A stretch of 63,466 nucleotides of DNA, filler included, from Octopus bimaculoides (GCF_001194135.2; 5 parts of 4 records of this genome joined end to end with filler, not necessarily neighbours in it), one strand, 5' to 3'. Counted from the whole stretch's first letter, positions 27,361-40,537 are shown. Numbers and translations: made by a program. Notes: generated by a model not told the origin, from the letters alone.

Positions 27361-28066
27361 TTGTCCAAGGCTAACATAGAAGGTCACTAGCTGTATCGCA
27401 GGCAAGCTTCGACTGTACAGAACAAGAAAACAAGAGGACCTTGTACAACAGCCTAAAAACTCCTGTTGATCAACTGCCCTAGTTTATCAATTCCGAAAGA
27501 ATAGATGGCAAAGAGATAGAGAGGCAGATGGACAGAGAGAGAGAGAGAGAAAAGAGAAAGAATGAGACAGAGTGTGAGAGAGCGAGGGGGGAGAGAAAGA
27601 AGTACTGAATGATGACAATCTTAATGGAAGGATTCTTTTGAATCTGCCATGGTTAGGTAGAATAAGTAGGATGGAAACGAAACCCGGTTGAAATTATCGA
27701 AGAGTATTAACTGTCATATGACGGCAGCCAATATCTTTGTTGAAGCCATTAAGCACGTCGTTGTTATACCGAACCATTTCACAGCAAACCACAGGGATGC
27801 AGCAAAATATGTAATCGGATCTGCCGTGTTTCATGCTGATATGAACACGTATTCTTTTGCGTCTAAATCACCTCCGGTCGTTTTGCTAGGCTTGTCATTG
27901 GGACATGTTAGAACAAAATGAATTGGAAGAGAGAGAAAGGGAGGAGGAAGGGAGGATATTGTAGTGATACGACTTCATCGTTATGAAAACTAAACTGAAG
28001 AAGGGGCTGATGGAAGCATCCCGAACAGATTAAAAGCAAAAGTAGTTTTATTCTCACACCCTATGA

Positions 28067-28144
28067 CATCCATCCATCCATCCATCCGTCCATCCGTCCA
28101 TCCGTCCGTCCGTCCGTCCGTCCGTCTGTCTGTCCGTCCGTCCG
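28067..28144. repeat. (TCCA) to (TCCG) tetranucleotide microsatellite
   Basis: Direct reading. Confidence 0.9.
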
Positions 28145-28382
28145 TGCAGTCATCTTCTTCTCTTCGTCCTCCATCTCACCATTGTCGTCGTCGCCGCCGC
28201 CGTTGTCGACTGCATTCAATGAAATTCACCATTGAGGCATTCCATCATTTTAGGTCGTCAAAAATTCTCATTCCTTTCTGTTTTAGCCTCCGACCGTCTT
28301 CTCTCTTTCAATCCACGTTATCAATTTGTCTAAAATGCACATACAAGTACACATACACACACACGCACTCACACACACAAAT

Positions 28383-28414
<32 letters not shown>

Positions 28415-28419
28415 TGTAG

Positions 28420-28570
28420 ACGACCCCTGAAGTTAGCAGGTCGGCAAAAGCGACCGATAGAATACTCGTAAGTGCGGGAGTTAAAAAATAAGTGTTGGGC
28501 GGGGGCGATTCGTTCGACTAAAATTCTTGAAGGCGGTGCCGCAGCCTCGTTAATAACTGAAACAAAAGAT
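28420..28570 (+). mobile_element. SINE family B 3-prime half
   Basis: gttagcaggtcggcaaaagcgaccgatagaata...ggcggtgccgcagc...actgaaacaaaag. Confidence 0.75.
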
Positions 28571-28578
28571 TGCAAAGA

Positions 28579-28617
<39 letters not shown>

Positions 28618-28770
28618 ATATTTATGTTTGTCTGTCTGTCTATCTCTCTCTATCTCTCCTCTCTCTCTCTCCTCTCTATCTCTCCCTCTCTATCTATCTA
28701 TCTATCTATCTGCTTATCTATTTATCTGTCTGTCTGTCTGTCTGTCTATCTATATGTGTGTGTATTCGAA

Positions 28771-28818
<48 letters not shown>

Positions 28819-29559
28819 TATATGTGTGTGTTGGTGTGGGGTCTGTCGGCGCAGCTACAATTTTTGTTGACAGTCACTTCTTCGTTGATGTAGTTTCACN
28901 NNNNNNNNNNNNNNNNNNNNNNNNNNNNNNNNNNNNNNNNNNNNNNNNNNNNNNNNNNNNNNNNNNNNNNNNNNNNNNNNNNNNNNNNNNNNNNNNNNNN
29001 NNNNNNNNNNNNNNNNNNNNNNNNNNNNNNNNNNNNNNNNNNNNNNNNNNNNNNNNNNNNNNNNNNNNNNNNNNNNNNNNNNNNNNNNNNNNNNNNNNNN
29101 NNNNNNNNNNNNNNNNNNNNNNNNNNNNNNNNNNNNNNNNNNNNNNNNNNNNNNNNNNNNNNNNNNNNNNNNNNNNNNNNNNNNNNNNNNNNNNNNNNNN
29201 NNNNNNNNNNNNNNNNNNNNNNNNNNNNNNNNNNNNNNNNNNNNNNNNNNNNNNNNNNNNNNNNNNNNNNNNNNNNNNNNNNNNNNNNNNNNNNNNNNNN
29301 NNNNNNNNNNNNNNNNNNNNNNNNNNNNNNNNNNNNNNNNNNNNNNNNNNNNNNNNNNNNNNNNNNNNNNNNNNNNNNNNNNNNNNNNNNNNNNNNNNNN
29401 NNNNNNNNNNNNNNNNNNNNNNNNNNNNNNNNNNNNNNNNNNNNNNNNNNNNNNNNNNNNNNNNNNNNNNNNNNNNNNNNNNNNNNNNNNNNNNNNNNNN
29501 NNNNNNNNNNNNNNNNNNNNNNNNNNNNNNNNNNNNNNNNNNNNNNNNNNNNNNNNNNN

Positions 29560-29620
<61 letters not shown>

Positions 29621-29808
29621 TTCTTTCTCTCTGTTACATATTTCCTTCACTCTGCCTCATTCCTTCGCCTTTCAGTTCTTCATCTCTGTATTTATTCATT
29701 TATTTATTTATTTATTACCCCTCCACCTCTCACATCCGCGCATGACCTTCATTTTTATCCACCTCTCCTTTTCCTCCGAACCACTCTATCTATCTATCTA
29801 TCTATCTA

Positions 29809-29850
<42 letters not shown>

Positions 29851-29947
29851 CTGCCATCGTATTGTGCTGTTTCTTCTTTCTTTCTAAATTTTTATTTCAA
29901 AATTTAAATAATAAATTCACACAAATACACATATATGTATATACATT

Positions 29948-29983
<36 letters not shown>

Positions 29984-30744
29984 NNNNNNNNNNNNNNNNN
30001 NNNNNNNNNNNNNNNNNNNNNNNNNNNNNNNNNNNNNNNNNNNNNNNNNNNNNNNNNNNNNNNNNNNNNNNNNNNNNNNNNNNNNNNNNNNNNNNNNNNN
30101 NNNNNNNNNNNNNNNNNNNNNNNNNNNNNNNNNNNNNNNNNNNNNNNNNNNNNNNNNNNNNNNNNNNNNNNNNNNNNNNNNNNNNNNNNNNNNNNNNNNN
30201 NNNNNNNNNNNNNNNNNNNNNNNNNNNNNNNNNNNNNNNNNNNNNNNNNNNNNNNNNNNNNNNNNNNNNNNNNNNNNNNNNNNNNNNNNNNNNNNNNNNC
30301 ACACACACACACACACACACGTACAAATTTCAACATTTATTTTGTTATGAAAAACACGGAAGCTAAAAAGCAAAAGTAAAACGTAAACACGAGGAAACAA
30401 AAACAAAAAAAAAATTTTTTAAGCCAGCTAAAAACCAACTAAAAAAAATTGGAATAATTCTAAATTGTCAGTAAATTGTTATGTCCTAAACATATTTAGC
30501 GCCTCATTAAGCTGTTTTCGTCAGTTAGCAATTAAGATAGGCTTCAAACACAATTACTCGTCAACGAAAATAAAGAAAACATAAGAAAAAATAGAAATAA
30601 AAATAAAAATAAAAATACAACTTCGAGGTAGTAAAAAAAATGTCAAGTTGCTGCATTATTATTGTTGTTGTTGTTACTACGACAACAACAACAATTACTG
30701 CTACTACTACTACTACTACTACTAATAATAATAATAATAATACA

Positions 30745-30753
<9 letters not shown>

Positions 30754-30837
<84 letters not shown>
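30754..30837. repeat. Perfect palindrome (ACT)14-(AGT)14
   Basis: Microsatellite switches strand at actagt (30793-30798) with no spacer. Confidence 0.9.
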
Positions 30838-30850
30838 TATTAGTGTCATC

Positions 30851-31070
30851 TGGCGGATTCGTTAGCACGCTGGGCGAAAAGCTTTGCGGTATTCCGTCTG
30901 CCGTTACGTTCTGAGTTCAAATTTCGCCGAGGTTGACTTTGCCTTTCATCCTTTCGGGGTCGATTAAAAAAGTACCAGTTATGCACTGAGGTCGATGTAA
31001 TCAACTTAATCTCTTTGTCTGTCCTTGTTTGTCCCCTCTATGCTTGGCCCCCTGTGGACAATAAAGAAAT
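30851..31070 (+). mobile_element. SINE family A
   Basis: Near-consensus core. Confidence 0.9.
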
Positions 31071-31129
31071 GATTCTTAGTGTCATCTGGCATGCCGAAGA
31101 AAATGTTCAGATCAGCTTTTCTTCCGGCT

Positions 31130-31550
31130 TTACGTTCCAAACCCAAATTCCGCCGTTGTGGTAATTTTGCGGGGAAGTGGTGATCGATTATATCAATCTT
31201 ACTGCTCAATTGGTATTTATTTTATCGACCGCGAAACGATGATTGACAAAGCCGACCGCAGCGGAAATGGTGCTCAGAACGTAAAACCGGACGAAATAAC
31301 AGAAAACATCTCGACCGACATGCTAACGATTCAGTTAATTCGCGCCTTAATAATCGTTTCTACTATAGGCACAATGTTTTGATTTTGGCGGGAGGGACTA
31401 GTTGATTACATCGACCTCAGTGCACAACTGGTACGTATTTTATTGACCCCGAGAGGATAAAAGGCAAAGACAACCTCGACGGAATTTGAACTCAGAAAGT
31501 AAAGCCGGAAGAAATGCGACTAAGCATTTTGTCTGGTGTGCTAAAGATTC

Positions 31551-31551
<1 letters not shown>
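31130..31551 (-). mobile_element. Two head-to-tail SINE family A copies
   Basis: Two cores at about 31225 and 31445, joined through a short ttaataat junction. Confidence 0.85.
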
Positions 31552-31603
<52 letters not shown>

Positions 31604-31845
31604 TGAGAAAGAAAGCAAACAATGCTGGATCATAGATATAGCAAACCCAGTGAGTAAAGATCTTGAGAAGTACATGAAACAAATAGGGGCTGCAATAAGG
31701 GTGGAGCACTTGCAGAAAACAGCACTGCTTGGAACCGCTTGAATATTCCGGATGGTGCTCGAAAAATAAGGGTGTTACTTTAGTTCACTGGTAGTGAACA
31801 GCTGGCACCGTAGGACATCTCCAACGTTAGAAGCTGCGCAAAGAC
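31604..31845 (+). mobile_element. R4/Dong-type non-LTR retrotransposon 3-prime end, flanked on both sides by (TAA)n
   Basis: EKESKQCWIIDIANP...EKYMKQIGAAIRVEHLQKTALLGTA*IFRMVLEK* is the RLE C-terminus, followed by 3-prime UTR; (TAA)n at 31552-31602 and 31846-31918. Confidence 0.85.
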
Positions 31846-31864
31846 AATAAATAGTAATAATAAC

Positions 31865-31918
<54 letters not shown>

Positions 31919-31919
<1 letters not shown>

Positions 31920-32079
31920 GATATAAAACAAGACATGACAGAGTCGGCCAGTATTTACACTGGACAATATGTCGGCATTATAAAATCAAAACGGCTGACA
32001 AATGGTATAGACACCATCCTGAAGCTGTGACTGAGGGAGAAAATGTGTCGATTCTCTGGGACTTCCCCGTACATACCGC
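31919..32079 (+). mobile_element. Second R4/Dong-type fragment (RHD region)
   Basis: YKTRHDRVGQYLHWTICRHYKIKTADKWYRHHPEAVTEGENVSILWDFPVHT starts directly after the TAA tract. Confidence 0.85.
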
Positions 32080-32665
32080 AGCAACAACAACAAAATAGAT
32101 AGCAACAGCAGCGGAAGCTGCGATGGCAACAACTGCAACAACGATAGCAAAAGTGACAACAGCAAAAAATTCCAACACCACCAAGAACAACAATAACAAC
32201 AACGGCAGCAGCAACGACAACAACGAGGACATTACCAACAACGAGAACATGTTCACTGCGGCGGTAGCGAAAAGGAAGCAACCCTTCACCGTGGACCTCA
32301 CAAACAGAGATGAAATGTTGGCCCCGGCATGGAAACAGATTAAACAAGAACAAACTTGGGCCAACCTTACTGTTCCGTCAGAGGCAATTGAAGCAGTGGA
32401 GAAGAACGGTGCTTTTCAGATGCATCTCAGCAGACACGAAAAGTGTGGCATTAATAGCCCAAGTAGCGGCGCTGAGGTGCATCAGAGATGACGCCGAGTA
32501 CATAGCGAGGGGCAAACAATACTGTGCCATTTCGGTGCTGTTTAAGTCAGAAGCCCTCTCTATGAAACATTTAATGACCCCTTGCAAAGCCAGCAAAATC
32601 ATTATGTACCCTTCCCACACGGGGAAACGTACAGAAAGTATCCGCATTCCTAGGGAGAGAGATGG
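32080..32665 (+). mobile_element. Probable L1/Tx1-like ORF1 N-terminal fragment, frameshifted
   Basis: Two overlapping ORFs (32123-32491 and 32310-32681) join into one protein-like sequence with a single shift near 32415; assignment rests on recalled similarity to cephalopod LINE ORF1. Confidence 0.45.
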
Positions 32666-33048
32666 ATTAATAGATGGATAGTTATAGATAAATACATACA
32701 TATCAACTCTGTGACACGTATTGAATACTCTCTTCACTTTTCGTTGAAAAACCGCAACATCTGAATGTGTGTAAATTTTATTCACACACACATGCACACA
32801 CATTTATAACTGTGCNNNNNNNNNNNNNNNNNNNNNNNNNNNNNNNNNNNNNNNNNNNNNNNNNNNNNNNNNNNNNNNNNNNNNNNNNNNNNNNNNNNNN
32901 NNNNNNNNNNNNNNNNNNNNNNNNNNNNNNNNNNNNNNNNNNNNNNNNNNNNNNNNNNNNNNNNNNNNNNNNNNNNNNNNNNNNNNNNNNNNNNNNNNNN
33001 NNNNNNNNNNNNNNNNNNNNNTATATATATAATATGTAAACTTATATG

Positions 33049-33107
<59 letters not shown>

Positions 33108-35451
33108 CCATAAATGCGTAACGATATGCATAAATGTATACACGTGCATGTTATGTAAGTAAGGAAGTATTTACATGTGCATGTGAGTGTGTATATACGT
33201 ATTTATGTACGTATAATCGAGTTCTTATACTTTGTTGTTGTCAGTATTCAAAGACACGTGAAAGGGTTTGTGATCAGGGAGTGTGACTGAATGACTAGCT
33301 GGCAGGCGGGTTCATTCGTTGTGTGTGTGTGTTAGAGAGAGAGAGAGAGAGAGTAGGGAAGTAGAAAAGGCGTGGGTAGAGATAGAGGGTGCGGTTGAAG
33401 CATGCGGTAATATTTGAGCAAGGCAACCATTTAGGACCGAAACAGGTCTTTAAAGTTGAATTTTTCACAACTGCGCGCACATTCCTGAAATGAATACGTT
33501 GTAAGGAGCAAACAGTGTGGGGGGATAGCAGGGGGTGGTTCTGTACCGAAAACCTGTGTGTGCTTGGCCGGCTGCATGGCCGATCACATTGTTGGTCCTT
33601 AACGCCAACAAATGGAAGCAAGAGGTGGAGAAGGAAGAAGAACTCGGATGATGTGGTGTTTGGGTGTTGTGTAGTGCGAATGGAGTGTGTGAGGAGCGCG
33701 TGGGCGGTGATGGGCATGGGTGGAATGAGGATGTTGTTGTGAGGTTGGGGTGGGGTGGGGGAGATACAAAGACGGTAACGTCAGACTAGACCGAACCCAA
33801 CGCACCATCAGTACCACCACCACTAATACCGCCACTACCACCGCCACCACCACCGCTGCTACCACCACCGGTGCCTGATGCCGTGTTGCGCACCTTGCTG
33901 CTGCAGCACGCCGGTGACCTTCGTTTTGGTGGCCCTGGTGAAATATTTAAGGGAGGAAAAGAACAGAGAAAGCGAGAGGGAGAGGAAAACGAAGAGAGTT
34001 ATAAGGAGAGACAGAGGGGGAGGAGAGGGAAAAAGAGCGATTAGGAACAGAGTGAAAGAATGAAAGAGAGAAAAGGAAGAGAAGAAAAGACAGAGAGACA
34101 TTGCATGACGGGGAAAAAAGGGAGAAACCGAAGAGGAAAAAAGATGAACACAAATAACATAGAAACTGACGTGCGGGCGTTTTATATATGTATGTATGTA
34201 TGTATATGTATATACACACACACACACACACACACACATTCACACACTCAGATATACAATTACATAGACACATATACAGACTTGTATAGCCACATGTGTG
34301 TATATGAATGCGTACGCGTATATGTATACATACACAGAGACATACACACAGACACACACACAGACAGATACACAGACACACACACACAGACGTACCAGAA
34401 TCGGATAATTACATATACATACGCATGCGTGTACGTATATGTGAGCGGGTATATGCGCGCACACACATACACACAAATGTATGTATATATATATATATNN
34501 NNNNNNNNNNNNNNNNNNNNNNNNNNNNNNNNNNNNNNNNNNNNNNNNNNNNNNNNNNNNNNNNNNNNNNNNNNNNNNNNNNNNNNNNNNNNNNNNNNNN
34601 NNNNNNNNNNNNNNNNNNNNNNNNNNNNNNNNNNNNNNNNNNNNNNNNNNNNNNNNNNNNNNNNNNNNNNNNNNNNNNNNNNNNNNNNNNNNNNNNNNNN
34701 NNNNNNNNNNNNNNNNNNNNNNNNNNNNNNNNNNNNNNNNNNNNNNNNNNNNNNNNNNNNNNNNNNNNNNNNNNNNNNNNNNNNNNNNNNNNNNNNNNNN
34801 NNNNNNNNNNNNNNNNNNNNNNNNNNNNNNNNNNNNNNNNNNNNNNNNNNNNNNNNNNNNNNNNNNNNNNNNNNNNNNNNNNNNNNNNNNNNNNNNNNNN
34901 NNNNNNNNNNNNNNNNNNNNNNNNNNNNNNNNNNNNNNNNNNNNNNNNNNNNNNNNNNNNNNNNNNNNNNNNNNNNNNNNNNNNNNNNNNNNNNNNNNNN
35001 NNNNNNNNNNNNNNNNNNNNNNNNNNNNNNNNNNNNNNNNNNNNNNNNNNNNNNNNNNNNNNNNNNNNNNNNNNNNNNNNNNNNNNNNNNNNNNNNNNNN
35101 NNNNNNNNNNNNNNNNNNNNNNNNNNNNNNNNNNNNNNNNNNNNNNNNNNNNNNNNNNNNNNNNNNNNNNNNNNNNNNNNNNNNNNNNNNNNNNNNNNNN
35201 NNNNCAAACCCTTCAACAAACTTGTTGAACATTTGTTTTTCTTTTTTTTTCCTTTCCTTTCCTTTTACATTTTTATTATTTTTGTTTTCCTTTGTGGGTT
35301 GTGTGGGTTTAGTTTCAAGATATTCCAAAGATTGCGGGGCCAGAAAGAATGAAATGCTCATCTTTCTTTCAGTTGAAGAGTTTCATGGACGAATGAGGGG
35401 GGAGGGGGAGACAACCTTCCCCACTCTTATTTTTCTCTTTATTTTTCTTAA

Positions 35452-35492
<41 letters not shown>

Positions 35493-35584
35493 GCATGGAT
35501 GTGCCAATGTTTATATGATCCAAATATGGGTGCTCATATCTATGTATATATGCATATATACATACACATACTCATCTATCTATA

Positions 35585-35644
<60 letters not shown>

Positions 35645-35654
35645 NNNNNNNNNN

Positions 35655-35715
<61 letters not shown>

Positions 35716-36021
35716 TATTGCTTTCACTTAATTGAAAGACAAGATTTTACTAATGATCAAATGTTAATTATTTCTATGTATTTTATTCACAATTCGATCC
35801 GGACGTGAACAATGTTATTTCGTTATTTTTACTCTTTTTAATGGTGCCAATTAAAATAGGAAAATTTTGAATTAGCCTAATGTAATTATTGGCAGTATCA
35901 ACAACACAACAGTAATGAACAGTAATGAATATCAGAACATATAATTTTTTTTTAGGAACATATATTATAAGCATTAAAGGTGGAGAAGAATTAAACTATG
36001 AACGCCAATATTTGATGAAAA

Positions 36022-36232
36022 GCGATGAGCTGGCAGAATCGTTGGTGCATCGGATAAAATGTTTAGCAACAATTCTTCCGGATATTTATGTCTTGACTTC
36101 ATATCCTGTCCAGATCAGTTTTGCCTTACATCGTTTCGGGGTCAATAAAATAAAGTACTAGTGAAGTACTGGGGATTGAGGTAATCGACTGGTTCCCCTC
36201 CCCTCAAAATTGTTGGCTTTGGACCCTACAAC
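36022..36232 (+). mobile_element. SINE family A, decayed
   Basis: gagctggcagaatcgttgg head and cggggtcaataaaataaagtact core. Confidence 0.8.
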
Positions 36233-36278
36233 GGACTGGCCTCCCCTTCAAGAGAATATTGTGATTTTGGTCACTTAC

Positions 36279-36319
36279 AGACTAAAGAAGCCAGCTAACT
36301 GGCCTGATAAGTCCAACGG
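36279..36319 (-). CDS. Candidate exon PLDLSGQLAGFFS(L), phase 0 to 2
   Basis: Very pyrimidine-rich acceptor ttttttgtctctcttttccttgAG, donor TCT|gtaagt, one open frame. Confidence 0.3.
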
Positions 36320-36795
36320 CTCAAGGAAAAGAGAGACAAAAAATATTTGATCTGGCATCTAAAATTTCGCAAATCGGTCTCACATCTACGAAACATTGAA
36401 TCTCTAACCTTCTGATCACATGACCTGGATCCCCCCCCCACAACACCACCTCATTTTTTCGTGTTTTAGATAACATAAACAATTATTAAGACATTAATGC
36501 ATACACACATATATATCCGAGTGTGCATACGTATGTATGTGTACCTGGGTGGGGGGGGTATATGTATGAATGTATATGCGTATTTATATAAAGGAGTGTG
36601 TGCATGAGAATGTATTCGCTTATGCAGATATGTGTACATCACTGGTCAAGGATAAACGTCTGTATATAAGTACGTTCCTTTATGCATGTGTATGTATGTA
36701 TACACAACTAGGCATACATGCATGTATGTATAAAAGTCCGTGTGTGTGTGTATGTTTGCATGTACTGCATACATATACACACATATATACATATG

Positions 36796-36842
<47 letters not shown>

Positions 36843-37394
36843 TCATATGTATGTGCTTGTATGTGTGTATGTCTCTGTGTGTATGTCTCTGTGTGTATAC
36901 GTGTGTGTATGTGGTGTGCGTGCGTGCGTACGTGTGTGTGTGTATGTGCATGTATGTGTACGTAAGTGTGCTCGCGTATGTTTGAAATACTCTGCCATGG
37001 AATGATTTACATTAGTCTCCGAAGGACTATCGGAGCAAAGGATTAAGGAAATTGTTGGCATTTCGTGTGAGGAAAGTGAGAGGGCTAGAGAAGAAGAGGG
37101 GTTAGTGGAGGGGGACACTGCTGATAATGGAGGAAGGGGGAGAAGGTGCAGGAATAGGAAGAGGAGAGGCGGAGGTATCCAGAAGGTGATGAGGGGTGCC
37201 ACGAAGTAATACAAATGACCAAGAGTTTGAAGATTTTGGATAATTGTCTTCCTTTTTATTTACATAAATGGAAGACCCTCCAGAGCCAGCCATTTCGTTT
37301 TTGTTTTGTTTTTGCGTCTCCTTGTTCTCTTCTTCTCTTTCTTTCTTTCTGTTTATTTATGCAACCGATTGGATTAAATGTGAAGGCAAGTGAT

Positions 37395-37625
37395 CTTGTG
37401 GTTAGGGCATTGTACACACGGTCGTAAAATTGTAGTTTCGATGCCCGGACAGGGCGGTGTGTTGTGTTCTTGAGCAAACATTTCATTTCGCGTGGTCTCA
37501 GTCCATTCAACTGTTTCAGCAATATCTGGGAAGTTAACTCCATGTTGAACTGGCATCCCATCCAGTGGGATGTGGGGAAATTACTGTAACCTCAGTCACT
37601 TATACACCATAGTATTTCAACCACG
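37395..37625 (+). mobile_element. SINE family C
   Basis: gtggttagggcatt...gtttcgatgccc...ttgtgttcttgagcaaacatttcattt. Confidence 0.7.
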
Positions 37626-38007
37626 ACCTTCTTACGTTGCGATTTGAACGATGGGATCGTAAAGCCTTGGTTGCGAAGCGAAACTCTTAACCAGATGGCT
37701 AGGCGAATATTTCATGCAATATTCAGGGAGACAAACACGGATTGTAACTTGATATCGTATTAGAATTGAGCCGTTAACTGAAACCACGTTGAAATGTCTG
37801 CGTGTCACAAAGCCTACCATTGGTTCTGTAGCACTCGCCCATGTAAAATGCTTTCGAACATTGGAGTATAACATTAATAGAGGCAGACAGATGTATCAGG
37901 TTTTGAATTGTTTGAAATTTTGCTTTTTATCTCATCGCTTCTCGGAATATTATGCAGCAGGTATTAATGTATAAGGAACGCGCGCGCGCGCGCGTGTGTG
38001 AGGAACG

Positions 38008-38095
<88 letters not shown>

Positions 38096-38131
38096 TACAT
38101 ACATACACATATATATATATATGTGTGTGTG

Positions 38132-38178
<47 letters not shown>

Positions 38179-39099
38179 AAATATTAAATTATACATGAAT
38201 GTTAGCATTAAGAGTGAAAATAATTTCGAATCAAAACCTTTAAGTAGCAGTATTGCGTGCTTTCAAACCTGAAGAACTTTCCAGAAGGTTCCGTTGACAG
38301 GAAGGATCTATTCGATCTTCTGAATCTAATTTTCCTGACTAGTTTCAGTTGCAAGATACGTAATCTTCCACTTGGCGTATTAACATCAGGGATTCTTAAA
38401 ATAAGACTACAGTTTCGTTCACGTGATATTTTCTTTGTACTTCAAACCATAAAAGCCTAGGCGACATCAAAGCACTTCCATAGTATAACTACATCCGGTC
38501 ATAGAATCCATCTCCATTTTGTTGTTGTTGTTGCTGCTGCTGCTGCTGTTACTGCCTCCTTTGGTGTTGTTGTTGTTGTTACTGCTGTTGTTGCAAACAC
38601 CGCAGAATTTATTTCTCTCCCTGACATTTGTCGACTGTATTCTCTTCTCGTTATGTAAAGGTCAAATAGGTTCAAGTTCTGTTACTCAGGGAAGACCACG
38701 AGAGGTCTTTGATAACCAATTCAAAAACTGCTTGACCTTCACTATATGTAAACTGTAATACGAATACAGTTCTGTAGGTTGTTGGTATTCGTCAAGAAAT
38801 CCTTAATAAACGTAACAGTATATGTTGGGAAAATAATTATAATTGATACAGACTTCAAAATATGAAATGCTGCATAATGAACAGAAATTTAGCAAAATGG
38901 TTGAACAAGTAGTTTTAAATATTACTGAAAGTTTCATTTGAGGCCATATTAGAATTATAGGTTTTAGTCCAAATTCTATAGGATTCTCCCGTCGTTTCGA
39001 CGAACGAGAGTGAAGCAGGACACAGTTGCACAGCCTTCTTGGTTTGAAGTTTTATCCCGTTGGTTTATGTTGGAATTCAAGTCTGTTCGGCATTTGCAG

Positions 39100-39470
39100 A
39101 TCTGGTGTGGCAGATGTTGCAATATTCGCCTCCTGTGTCGAAACGTAGAGTCGTCAAAACAAGCTTAATGTCCGATCTGCCGATATGTCAGCATCCAAAC
39201 AGCTGCACCCACTCATCTCATTTCAGACTATTGTGTCTTCTGCATCTTAGAGATGGTTACGCCATGTCAATTCTACACAGATGTTCTCGCCCTACACATC
39301 TTTCCTCCTGCAATCTCCCTTGTCATGGCCAACCCACCTTGACCTGGCACGATTCATTATGTCTAGTGCTTCTTCACAAAACGTCAGCTTTAAGGAATTC
39401 CTTCCAACAACTCCATATCTTTCGCACACGTGTTGACTAACAAAGAGAAACATGAATGAGATCGATCTCG
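39100..39470 (-). mobile_element. Possible old LINE (RTE-like) 3-prime fragment
   Basis: Minus frame LDIMNRARSRWVGH resembles the RTE C-terminal RLRWAGH motif; highly decayed. Confidence 0.3.
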
Positions 39471-39583
39471 CCGGACTAGAAGAGTCTGCAAAGACCATGG
39501 ACATGGTCCTTCCTTCAGGCCCAGCATATAAAAGAAAGAAAAAACAAAACAAAGAGGAACGAAGTCTGAAATCTAACACATAA

Positions 39584-39609
39584 TTTAGTAGTAGCAGTAG
39601 TAATAGTAA

Positions 39610-39668
<59 letters not shown>
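39584..39668. repeat. (TAG)n microsatellite
   Basis: Direct reading. Confidence 0.95.
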
Positions 39669-39669
<1 letters not shown>

Positions 39670-40499
39670 CAGATTCACATCAGTCCCCGTAATCCATACG
39701 TATTTGATGCCGTAACTACAGCAATGATATAAATAACTACAGTGTTTAAGGACAATTTTATCACCATCATATGCAATAAAATAATAGTAGGAAAAAAAAC
39801 AATGAGAAACAATAACAAAGGATTGCCAAGCTCAATGGCCATGAGATTTGGCGATACTTAAACCGTGGGAATTGTTCAGGGCTTTATAACTGTTACTAAT
39901 CTGACGTAAGTATCGCTATGTCCGCAAACGCTGCGCAATGAAACTTAATGTATCTGTTTTAATATGATATCTGTTTAGCTTCTAGCTTGATTCTAAGAAA
40001 TGTACTTCTCTGATATCTGCAATATGTGTTGCATGTAACAAACTGCTGCAACAATATCATATAATGGCTTATTTATTCTTTTTTTTTTTTTTTTTTCGAA
40101 ATTAGTGTTCTGATGCTTCTGCGTCGGTTTCGATGATGAGCATTTCTTCCACTTGGTATCGAATACATGGTATTAATAGGAGCAGTTGGTTAGAGATCAA
40201 TACACTTATGCGCTGAGCATTCAGCGCTGAGTGCATTGCTTCTTATAGCAGAAACAGCTGCAAGCTAATGAAGTTGATGACGTCATTCCTGTTCCTTTTC
40301 ATTTAATAATTAATACATATATACATACACACACACATAATATATATAAGCGTGTGTGTGTATGTTTGTGTATGTATGCATGTATGCATGTATGTATGTA
40401 TTAAGAAAGCAATGGCCAGTGATGAGAAAAAGAGGACCACACGGGAAGGACAAGTTGTATCAAATGTTGTGACAGATTAAAACTTACAAAAAAAGGAAA

Positions 40500-40537
40500 G
40501 TCTTGACGTTTCGGGCGCTAGTCCTTCATCAGCAAAA
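40500..40537 (-). ncRNA. Minimal hammerhead-ribozyme-like motif (Penelope-type)
   Basis: Minus strand CTGATGA-a-ggac(tagc)gccc-GAAA-cGTC; core intact, stem I weak. Confidence 0.45.

Noticed and set aside
28830-28898. Minus-strand NYINEEVTVNKNCSCA resembling a cystine-knot C-terminus
   Set aside because: Preceded by an in-frame TGA at the gap edge and runs into (CA)n; too short to support.
9083-35518. Long ORFs of 230-530 aa in the ORF track (e.g. 9083-10182, 15161-15904, 28758-30350, 34060-35361)
   Set aside because: They consist of N-gaps (X) and dinucleotide repeats, not coding sequence.
37636-37777. Minus-strand exon-like segment with good donor and open frame
   Set aside because: Its 3-prime half resembles a SINE tRNA-like head, so it is likely repeat-derived.
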